24,649 nucleotides of DNA. It comes from Myxococcota bacterium (GTDB lineage Bacteria; Myxococcota_A; SURF-8; G963663525). The stretch is from NCBI GenBank assembly GCA_963676915.2, contig CAXXVK010000042.1, forward strand, positions 1 to 24,649. Reading direction: 5' to 3'. A program made the translations under genes and the position numbers. The notes beneath the pieces were generated by a model that was not told where the DNA came from, did not search any database, and was given only the letters and a program-made list of their open reading frames with translations. Positions within the stretch are counted from its first letter, which is position 1; each line of letters begins with the position of its first letter. Of the stretch, positions 17,294-24,649 are shown in pieces.

Positions 17294-19612
17294 TCAATAA
17301 CAGACATCCAGTTCGATCATCAGCAGTCCCACATCGGAGCAGGCGATAAAGCCGGTATTTCCAAAACGGGCGAAGTCTCGGGCATCTGCGCTTCCGAGGT
17401 CTACCGTGTCTAACAATACCGGATGATCCGGCGTTTCGCTCAGATCCAAAATCGACAATTGGTTTCCACCCACGGCATACAAAAGACCGCCATAGTACCG
17501 TAGACGACGGGCTTTGAAGCTGGAAAATTCAGCAACCGGAGAACTGCTCAGACCGGTTCCTGCTCCTCCGAATTCGAAAACCTGCAAGCCGCTGGTGCGG
17601 GAACCGACATACACATAGGCCATGTCTGCGGAGGTCCATACTTCGTCGCAATTCGCCGCCGTTTCGGAGGTCTTGATTGGGTTCTCCGGGTCCGATATGT
17701 CGTAACTCGACAACTGCCCGGCGGTTCGGTTGCAGACGAAGAGGTATTGTCCGTTGGAGGCTACCGATTCGACGCGTCCGTCAATATCCACACCGGACAA
17801 TTTCACCGGCAGGGAATCGAAACCACCGGAGAATTCGTAGATTTCGAAGCCTGAATTCGCGATGGCAAGATAAAGGTACGGTGCATCGAAATACATTCTG
17901 TGGGCGTTGTCATCCGTATGGATGTATCCCTTTTCCTCGAAAAACAGTGGGTTGGCTTCGATCCAATGGAGCCCGCCGGAACTGGCGACGAAAAGGTTGT
18001 TTCCGAAAGCCCGGATGTCGTGAATGTCGTGGTCCACGTTGAAATTTCCGATGGAGGCCGGATGCTCGGGCCAGGACATGTTGACACCCCAGAGCCAGTC
18101 GTTGACCCCACCGGTATAGATTCGGTCGAGTCCAGTGACTGCAATGGCATCGTTGAAAGCAGGATATGAGAACATACCTTGCAACGTCGGCATGGTCAGG
18201 TCGGAAATGCTGTACACTTTCACTCCGGCTTCTAGGTCGGCGATGTACAGATTGTGGTCGTCCATCAACATGTCCCAAGGAGAATCGCTAAGCATTAATT
18301 CCCTGAGTTCGCTCGGGTTTTCTTTGTCGGCGATGTTCACGATTTTCATCGATCCGGCGTCCCAGGTATCACGACAGGCGACGAAAGCGTAATCGTTCCG
18401 AAGGCGTATCGTATTGGCGTTGCAGTCCAGATCGATGTGGCTTTTCTCGATGGGATTGGCCGGATTGGAGACATCCAGAATGTACAAGCCCTCATTTCCA
18501 AAGGTTACGTACGCCAGGTTGTCGCGTAGCTCGATTCCGTTCGATCGGAAATAGTCCAGCGGATTTTCCGGGTCTTGCAAAGCGAAATGCCCCAGTTTCG
18601 AAGGTTCGGACGGATTGGAAATGTCGAGGATCAACAAACCGATGTTTCCGCCAGCGGCATACAGAGTGTTTCCCTCAATCACCAAGTCTGTAACGGTGCA
18701 GGTCGGGTCATCATCACCCGGTAAAAATTGAGCGAGGTGCGAGGCTGCGTCTATTTGCGTCAGATCCCAGATATCGATGCAATCGAGCGAACCGGCAGCG
18801 AAGTAAGCGATGTTGTCTTTTATGCGAACGTCGCTATAGGGAATGGCACCGCTTCCTTCCACGGTACGGCGAATTCGGGTGACCTGGGTAGGGGCGGTCG
18901 GATCGGAGATGTCGAACACGTAGGCTCCTCCGTAACTTGCCATGATAAAGGCGTAGTCGTTCCAGACTTCGATGCCGAACGTCGAAACATCGGTGGGTTG
19001 AGGATCGAGCACGAATCCACCAACGGCATAGGGGAAGGTTGGATTCTCCTTGTTGAGAATGAATCCACCGGTACCGTGCCACGTGCTGGCCAGCAACAGG
19101 TTGTCTTTCAAAGCAAGGTCCGTCGGAGATCCGCCGACGGAAGCGAGGCTCGTAACATCGGCGGCGGCGGGATCGCAACCGACACAGACACCGTTGACGC
19201 AAGTATCTTCCAGGGTGTCGGCGTTGCCATCGTCGCAGGAGCCGCCTTCGTTGATCGGCCAGCAGCCGTCACAGCAGGTGTTTACTTCGAAGCACTCGCA
19301 GGGAGGAACGTCTTCCCACTCCAAGCCTTCCCAGTTTCCATCGATTTCTGGGAAGTCCTGTTCTTCCAACTCCGCCGGATTTTCTTCGACTTCCTCGGTG
19401 GTTTCGATTTCATCGGCTTGTTCGGCAGGGTCGTCAAGGTCTTCATCGGCAGGGATTTCCTCGTCTGCGGGAGGATCATCGGCTTCCTGTTCGAGTTCAG
19501 CTTGCTGGTCGGTATCGCCATCGTCTACCGTTCCGGTGCTGCCGCTATCGCAGGCAACGAAAGCTAGAGAAAACACGAAGCAAATCAGTATCATCCAATG
19601 GAAATTCTTCAT
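17294..19612 (-). CDS. LVIVD-repeat beta-propeller lipoprotein with acidic tether and Cys-rich module
   Basis: Lipobox FVAC and an acidic linker (DDGDTDQQAELEQE). Cys-rich CECFEVNTCCDGC...CDDGNADTLEDTCVNGVCVGC. LVIVD units GAYVFDISDPTAP, GLLILDISNPSEP, GLYILDVSNPANP, MKIVNIADKENP, SYDISDPENP. Start taken at ATG 19612 (MKNF). Confidence 0.85.
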   Translation of the reverse strand: MKNFHWMILICFVFSLAFVACDSGSTGTVDDGDTDQQAELEQEADDPPADEEIPADEDLDDPAEQADEIETTEEVEENPAELEEQDFPEIDGNWEGLEWEDVPPCECFEVNTCCDGCWPINEGGSCDDGNADTLEDTCVNGVCVGCDPAAADVTSLASVGGSPTDLALKDNLLLASTWHGTGGFILNKENPTFPYAVGGFVLDPQPTDVSTFGIEVWNDYAFIMASYGGAYVFDISDPTAPTQVTRIRRTVEGSGAIPYSDVRIKDNIAYFAAGSLDCIDIWDLTQIDAASHLAQFLPGDDDPTCTVTDLVIEGNTLYAAGGNIGLLILDISNPSEPSKLGHFALQDPENPLDYFRSNGIELRDNLAYVTFGNEGLYILDVSNPANPIEKSHIDLDCNANTIRLRNDYAFVACRDTWDAGSMKIVNIADKENPSELRELMLSDSPWDMLMDDHNLYIADLEAGVKVYSISDLTMPTLQGMFSYPAFNDAIAVTGLDRIYTGGVNDWLWGVNMSWPEHPASIGNFNVDHDIHDIRAFGNNLFVASSGGLHWIEANPLFFEEKGYIHTDDNAHRMYFDAPYLYLAIANSGFEIYEFSGGFDSLPVKLSGVDIDGRVESVASNGQYLFVCNRTAGQLSSYDISDPENPIKTSETAANCDEVWTSADMAYVYVGSRTSGLQVFEFGGAGTGLSSSPVAEFSSFKARRLRYYGGLLYAVGGNQLSILDLSETPDHPVLLDTVDLGSADARDFARFGNTGFIACSDVGLLMIELDVCY

Positions 19613-19872
19613 GGTATGCCTTTTCTTGATTACAAATCCTTGGAATATTCTTTGGGAAAATATGATTTCAGCGCATTCACGTATCAAATGCCTCGCAAGA
19701 AGGTGTCTGAAAACGTTTTCCAAACGATCCGGGAAAAATCTTGTCGGTCAACGGACGACCGAAAGGTTGTTGGATCGAGATGAATGGACCATGTTGGTTC
19801 GTGCACGGCACCATCATATCAGAATTTCGTGGATTTTCAACGCCTCAAGGAAGTTTTTGAGAGGGAAAGCGA

Positions 19873-21528
19873 TCAGCGTCGTTTCTTATTCGAATCCTCG
19901 GATTTCATTTCGAGATGTCCCAGAATAAGAAACGCCGTCAGTGTATTGTCTGCATTTTTCAGAAAACGTGCCCCGACGAGGTTGAAGGATCGTTGGTTCA
20001 GTAAATAAACGGATCGCAACGCGCTTTTTTCTCTCAAACGAATCAAGGCATAGGTCTGAATCAGGTGGCTGCCGTCGTTTTCTATGGCTTGGACCGTGAG
20101 TTTTTCGAGTTTTACGGCATCTAAACGATTTCCTCGCTTGGATTTTCTGACCAGCGATTCGGCCAGACGGTTCAATACCGGGTCCACCACGATTTTAGGG
20201 AGTCCCTGGGCTTTGCGGTTTTCTCGGACTTGTTTCCATAGTTCGGGATGAACTTCTCCGAGATCTTCGACAGGGTAGGTGGGTTTTACGGTGGGTAGAT
20301 CCGCGAAAAGTTGCACAGCGACCCACTCGGAATTTCCGTTTTTGGTAGATCGTACGACCGCAACCCCTATGTTATTGAAATCGTTGCGTAAAAGGTTGTT
20401 TCGATGGGCGGGGGATTCATACAGGCGTTTGGCCATTCTAGAAAGGCTGACGTTGGAGGCGATGTTTTCGCCGAAAGCACGAGTTTGGATGCCCGCTTTT
20501 TTCAATCGTTCCGTGACTCCCTCGCCTTGTGGGTCCAAATGGCCGAAAAATCCCTGATCGACCATTTTCTCGGCGTAGGATCGCGCAACACGTTGAAGCT
20601 CCGGAGACGATTCGAGCGTTTTAAGTCCGAGTGAAAGGCGCAGACGCTGGGTCCATTGCAAAAGTGCTCGGGCGGCGGAATCTTCGGTTGCAGGATTGGG
20701 TTCTTTGAGATGTGGAATAGGTAGAACCGCGCTTTTGGGACCGACCTGCACAGGAATCAATGCTACGACGGTAGGACCGTGCCGGGTATCCACCAGGATT
20801 TCCAGCGTCCAGTTCCCCAATGTATCAAACGGCAGCATTTCGCTGAAACGTCCTCCGGTAAGCGATGGATGAATAACGCGGCTGCGGTGTCGTGGGTCTG
20901 TCAATTGAAGGCGCAATCCTTTGAGTCCGAAAGGAGCCTGACCTTCGAGACGCACGGAACCGGGACGTTCGAGAGGGTTGGAAAACGGCTTGATCTGTAC
21001 GGGACGCCAGACAAGAAATACCACGGCAGCATGGCGTCCTTGCCATTGGGCGGTTCCTGCTCCGAAGTGGCTCCAGGGTTTTTCACCCGCGATGCCAGAA
21101 GACCATTGCGAGAGCTTTTTTAGTAGTGTTTCGGGGTCTTTGGCGAGAATGAACGAACTTTTCAGTTGGTAGTCTACGGCACCGAAGGCTCGAATCCAGG
21201 CGTGGAGATCTGTTGCGCTTTCACGTTTTAGATCTTTTTCGGAGGCTTCCAGCAAGGTTTCCGCTCGTCGGCGGGCTGCCAGCACCAAACGAGAGTCCAG
21301 TTGGGGAAGAGGCTTGTTCTGCAAACCGAATTCGTGGCGAACGCGATCTTTCAGACGACGTTCGAGAGGACTTAGGACATCCTTTTGGGTGTTTTGCGCC
21401 GAAGAGGAGGCTATCGAAACGGACAAAAGCACGAAAAAAAGAAATACACTGGTGAAAATGGGTAAAAAATGTTTCGACACGTGACCTGCTTTTCGGAACG
21501 TTTCAGGGAGTCTTTTCGGGGGCTTCAT
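19873..21528 (-). CDS. Secreted CAP/SCP-domain protein
   Basis: Signal peptide (...SSSA). Canonical CAP motifs LQRVARSYAEKM, FFGH, FGENIA, ESPAHRNNLL, IGVAV, VQLF. The ATG start overlaps the VKOR-DsbA end by 26 nt. An alternative GTG start lies at 21480. Confidence 0.85.
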   Translation of the reverse strand: MKPPKRLPETFRKAGHVSKHFLPIFTSVFLFFVLLSVSIASSSAQNTQKDVLSPLERRLKDRVRHEFGLQNKPLPQLDSRLVLAARRRAETLLEASEKDLKRESATDLHAWIRAFGAVDYQLKSSFILAKDPETLLKKLSQWSSGIAGEKPWSHFGAGTAQWQGRHAAVVFLVWRPVQIKPFSNPLERPGSVRLEGQAPFGLKGLRLQLTDPRHRSRVIHPSLTGGRFSEMLPFDTLGNWTLEILVDTRHGPTVVALIPVQVGPKSAVLPIPHLKEPNPATEDSAARALLQWTQRLRLSLGLKTLESSPELQRVARSYAEKMVDQGFFGHLDPQGEGVTERLKKAGIQTRAFGENIASNVSLSRMAKRLYESPAHRNNLLRNDFNNIGVAVVRSTKNGNSEWVAVQLFADLPTVKPTYPVEDLGEVHPELWKQVRENRKAQGLPKIVVDPVLNRLAESLVRKSKRGNRLDAVKLEKLTVQAIENDGSHLIQTYALIRLREKSALRSVYLLNQRSFNLVGARFLKNADNTLTAFLILGHLEMKSEDSNKKRR

Positions 21529-22834
21529 CCGGGGAAGGAACTACTTTCTCGGTGGCTTCCGGCTGGGAAGGGACGTTTTCAGGAGTTTCCTTCACCTCTT
21601 TGGAAGGGGAAACATCGTCTTCGTTCTTTTCTTCGGCTGTTTTCGTGGGATTCAGCTTTTCTTTAAGCCATTGTTCCCAGAATTCGAGCGGACGAAGACC
21701 GACCACAGCCTCATCGTCGATAATGAACGTCGGTGTCCCTCGCATTCCCATGTTGATTGCGGCTTGGATATCTTTTTGGATCAGTTGCATCGTGCCGGGA
21801 TCGGCGACGCATTCTTTCAGCTCATCAAGATCCAAACCGACCTGCTTGGCGTATTCCAACTGGTGTTTTTCTTCGTGCATGGTCCGATTTTGGAATAAAA
21901 GCTTTTCATAAGGAAGGTATTTCCCTTGAAAAGATGCACACTTGGCATACACCGCCGAACGACAGGCATTGGGATGGAATGGGCTATTAATGGCAGGGTT
22001 GCAGGCATCGTCCAGTGGGTAATCGTGGTGTCGCATTCTGATGTGCTCGGGGTGGCGAGCAATGAATTCCAACATTACAGCATGGGCGCGACCGCAGAAG
22101 GGGCATTCGTAATCGGTGAACTCTTTGATTAGGATCGGTGCGTCGGCGCGTCCCAGTTCTTGGTCACGGTACGGAAGATTGTGCTCTGTCTGAGTCATTT
22201 TGCTTTCAGGCGTAGGTTTCGGTTTGGGGTTGACGCAAGCTGGCAAGTAGACAAATTGCCCCAGACCGAAAAAGGCGAGAAACAGTAGAGAAATTCCATA
22301 CTTTTTTGAATTCTTCAATTGAATCATCATATCTTTTACGCCCACAAAGAAAAAGGTTGTCAGCGTTTTTCTGTTGGCGATGCCCAGAATCAGCGCCACC
22401 AGAAAAAACACGACGTACACGCTACAGCACATAATGCAGAAGGATTTGATTTCGTACATCGAAATCATCGCTAAAATTAAAGAAGGAATCAACCCTAAAG
22501 TACAAAGAAGGAACAAAAGAGACGGCCATTGCCGCAAGGATCGCAATCCGAACATGTACAAAATCGTGAAAAGGGTGGCGAGGGCAAAAAACTCAATCCC
22601 CAGCATGGACAACGGAACCCCCAGAATCACCGAGTACTTGCTGTTTGCCACTTTGATACAGTTGAAGCCTTCGTTGATTGCACAAAAACTATCTACCGGT
22701 TGTCCGGAAGGATCGTGAACTTCCATATGCAGATGTTGCAGATACACACTGGAAGCCAACCCACCGATCAATAGCGCCAAAATCACGAGATTCAACACCC
22801 ACGCTTTTGCTACGGAGGTTGTGTTGTTCATCAT
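21503..22834 (-). CDS. VKOR-DsbA (vitamin K epoxide reductase plus thioredoxin-like) fusion, disulfide-bond formation
   Basis: VKOR loop FCAINEGFNC..V..S.YS.ILGVP and redox motif CIMC within a membrane region of about 5 TM helices. DsbA-like FTDYECPFC, CNP..HPNAC and cis-Pro GTPTF. GAGG RBS. Confidence 0.92.
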   Translation of the reverse strand: MMNNTTSVAKAWVLNLVILALLIGGLASSVYLQHLHMEVHDPSGQPVDSFCAINEGFNCIKVANSKYSVILGVPLSMLGIEFFALATLFTILYMFGLRSLRQWPSLLFLLCTLGLIPSLILAMISMYEIKSFCIMCCSVYVVFFLVALILGIANRKTLTTFFFVGVKDMMIQLKNSKKYGISLLFLAFFGLGQFVYLPACVNPKPKPTPESKMTQTEHNLPYRDQELGRADAPILIKEFTDYECPFCGRAHAVMLEFIARHPEHIRMRHHDYPLDDACNPAINSPFHPNACRSAVYAKCASFQGKYLPYEKLLFQNRTMHEEKHQLEYAKQVGLDLDELKECVADPGTMQLIQKDIQAAINMGMRGTPTFIIDDEAVVGLRPLEFWEQWLKEKLNPTKTAEEKNEDDVSPSKEVKETPENVPSQPEATEKVVPSPDEAPEKTP

Positions 22835-23132
22835 TTCCTCGTTACGTTGTCCACTTGAAACCGCTTGGTGCCACGTTGGAGTTTCCCAAAATGGAATTGT
22901 GGGACAGTTTATTGTTGCTTCCGGGATTTGTAAACATCATTTTTCTAGGGATTATTCCAATAAACAGGCAAAAGTTCTACATGTAATACATGTATGTTTT
23001 GTTTGGTAAACTGTGTGCTAAAAAAACCTTGAGAAAACAGTGTGTTGTGGAAAGAGTATTGGAAGTCGTAGTAAGGTTGGATGGCCCGATCCGTGCTTGA
23101 CGGATCGGGATCAGGTGAAAGGGAGGGGATTC

Positions 23133-23174
23133 AAAAATTGCGCCCTTTCCTCGACGGGTAAAGGAAAAGGGCGC
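23133..23174 (-). terminator. Probable terminator after GYF_2-like gene B
   Basis: Minus strand GCGCCCTTTTCCT...AGGAAAGGGCGC (one bulge) followed by AATTTTT, about 40 nt past the stop at 23216. Confidence 0.5.
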
Positions 23175-23215
23175 GAAGATGGCGCCGGGAAAGCGCCGGA
23201 AGGGCTAGGGTGCAA

Positions 23216-23911
23216 TCAAGGAGCTAAAAAAAAGGCTACGGCTTGAATGTTGTCGAGGAAACCAGGTTGTGAAGAAGATCCAAGCCAGTAGCCGGTGCCC
23301 AAGGCAAAGACGAGCAGCATCACGAGGGCCAGTGTGCGCTTCGTTTTGCCGAGAGTGAACGCCTCAGACATTTTGGAACGCATCCTATGGGATGCGATTT
23401 TTAATTTGTTCGGTTTTCCCAGGAATTCCATTTCGGTGGTTCCGATGACATCCAGTTCGGTCGATCCTTCAGCCGGGGGCTGTTTTGACTGTACGATGTT
23501 GTACATGTCTTCCAGCATACGTCGGTGCTTTTGTCGTGGCGTAATAGGATCTTCGTGTTGAATCGGGGCTTGGGAAAGGAAGCCGTCGTTCTGCGTTTGC
23601 CCGAAGCAGTACTCGGTATTTTCCTGCTCCAGTCTGTCACGGACAGAATTTCGCTTCTGATGGGATGAAGCTTGCTTCTCTTTGAATTGCTGTTTCTTCT
23701 GATACGCCTGTTTGTGACGCTCAGGAAACAGATCGAGAAGTTCGGGTAGGTTGCAGGCCAGCTCCCAGCGGTTCTCTCCATAGAGATAAACATAGTCGCC
23801 GGCAAACAGTTTTTCCCTTAGCACCAGTTTTCGCAACTTGATGACAGTCGGAATCCGAAAAGTTTTGTCTCCCAGGAAGATGGCATATTGCCCGGTAGAT
23901 TCTTTTTTCAT
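23216..23911 (-). CDS. GYF_2 (DUF4339)-like single-pass membrane protein B
   Basis: The N-terminal 55 aa align without gaps to protein A. Charged linker, then TM LALVMLLVFALGTGYWLG. AGGAG RBS. Confidence 0.65.
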   Translation of the reverse strand: MKKESTGQYAIFLGDKTFRIPTVIKLRKLVLREKLFAGDYVYLYGENRWELACNLPELLDLFPERHKQAYQKKQQFKEKQASSHQKRNSVRDRLEQENTEYCFGQTQNDGFLSQAPIQHEDPITPRQKHRRMLEDMYNIVQSKQPPAEGSTELDVIGTTEMEFLGKPNKLKIASHRMRSKMSEAFTLGKTKRTLALVMLLVFALGTGYWLGSSSQPGFLDNIQAVAFFLAP

Positions 23912-23954
23912 GACGTTCTCCTAACATCTCCGGGTTGTTTCCGCACACAAGTAA

Positions 23955-23983
23955 AGTATTGCACCTAATTATACACAAGTCAA
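23955..23983 (-). promoter_or_regulatory. Candidate sigma70 promoter of GYF_2-like gene B
   Basis: Minus strand TTGACT-N17-AATACT with a TG extended -10, 44 nt upstream of ATG 23911. Confidence 0.4.
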
Positions 23984-24299
23984 GACTAAATGCAAAAAAA
24001 ATGAACAAACTAAAATTAAAGTGTAAACCATAGTGATAATTATCATGTGTTCGTAAGGCTGTTACGGATAGCAGGCGTCTGGAATTTATATAGAATGGGT
24101 GGATATAATGAGGAGATATTCTAGTAATTACAGGGATTTACAAGGTTATAGGATTTATCGATCCTTCAAAGAAGAACGTAGAGGAGAAAAATTATTGAAT
24201 ATAAAGAAGGAAAAGTGGGGGATAGCTGATTATTTCTAAACAAAGAAAATGTATGCGAATTCCAGTGTGTCAGAGATATTCAAGCGGATTTTTGAAAAC

Positions 24300-24649
24300 C
24301 TACTGTATGAAAGAGAAGGGCAGTCCTGAATTTTTTCTCGTATTTTCGATGATTTCAACAAGCTTCTGTGCAGTCTCAAAAGAAGTTTCTTTGTTTAGAA
24401 GCAACGTGTTTTTATCTTGGGTTGCTTGGACATACCGTTTCAAGCTGCTGAAACCTCCTCTAGAGACGGGTACGGCTTTTGTATCGAGAATAAATCGAAC
24501 GTAACCCACAAAGATTTTACCGGGTTTGCGAAGGTCTACCGAAACAATGTCTTTTAAAGGAATCACCGTTTCCGTTGTTGAAGAAGAACGAAGACCTGAT
24601 TTCGATATCCGAAGGCTGGTTTCTTCCAATACCAATGTTTTTCCGTCTT
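24300..24649 (-). CDS. 3' part of a DUF4429-like (PH-like) hypothetical protein, start beyond the window
   Basis: The open frame runs to the window edge. IPLKDIVSVDLRKPG..VGYVRF...DKNTLL resembles DUF4429. Confidence 0.5.
   Translation of the reverse strand, partial: DGKTLVLEETSLRISKSGLRSSSTTETVIPLKDIVSVDLRKPGKIFVGYVRFILDTKAVPVSRGGFSSLKRYVQATQDKNTLLLNKETSFETAQKLVEIIENTRKNSGLPFSFIQ

Noticed and set aside
18728-19928. Long plus-strand ORFs (279 aa and 292 aa) opposite the LVIVD gene
   Set aside because: Antisense shadows. The Ser-rich translation mirrors the acidic codons of the real gene, and there are no recognisable motifs.
16205-24068. GTTACGGA / CGTAA-TTACG motifs upstream of both GYF_2-like genes
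   Set aside because: Orientation, spacing and distance to the start codons differ, so this is too weak to call a shared operator.
1-24649. CRISPR arrays, tRNA/rRNA genes, IS elements, prophage
   Set aside because: I saw no regularly spaced repeats, cloverleaf structures, transposase, integrase or phage structural genes. The DUF2793-like module is isolated.

Overview
This window is chromosomal DNA rich in envelope and secreted-protein genes. Its markers suggest a deltaproteobacterial/Myxococcota-like organism (inference from a Gly-Gly-Gly-Cys/TM/Arg-Arg sorting tail, a VKOR-DsbA fusion, GYF_2-like membrane proteins, class III cytochrome c and an AGPS-like enzyme). Genes in order: partial secreted protein; tetraheme cytochrome c3; AGPS-like FAD oxidoreductase broken by four +1 frameshifts; basic lipoprotein; M36-like metalloprotease with C-terminal anchor; Lnt-like N-acyltransferase with an N-terminal DUF2793-like module; FGE-sulfatase (C-type lectin fold) lipoprotein; PIG-L deacetylase; DUF2804 protein; GH92 mannosidase lipoprotein; Trp-repeat beta-propeller lipoprotein; GYF_2-like membrane protein A; LVIVD-repeat lipoprotein; CAP-domain protein; VKOR-DsbA fusion; GYF_2-like membrane protein B; partial DUF4429-like gene. 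I saw no tRNA, rRNA, CRISPR array, transposase, integrase or reverse transcriptase. The best novelty candidates are the DUF2793-Lnt fusion, the acidic tethers shared by five anchored proteins, and the two GYF_2-like paralogs. All family calls come from motif recognition by eye, not database searches.
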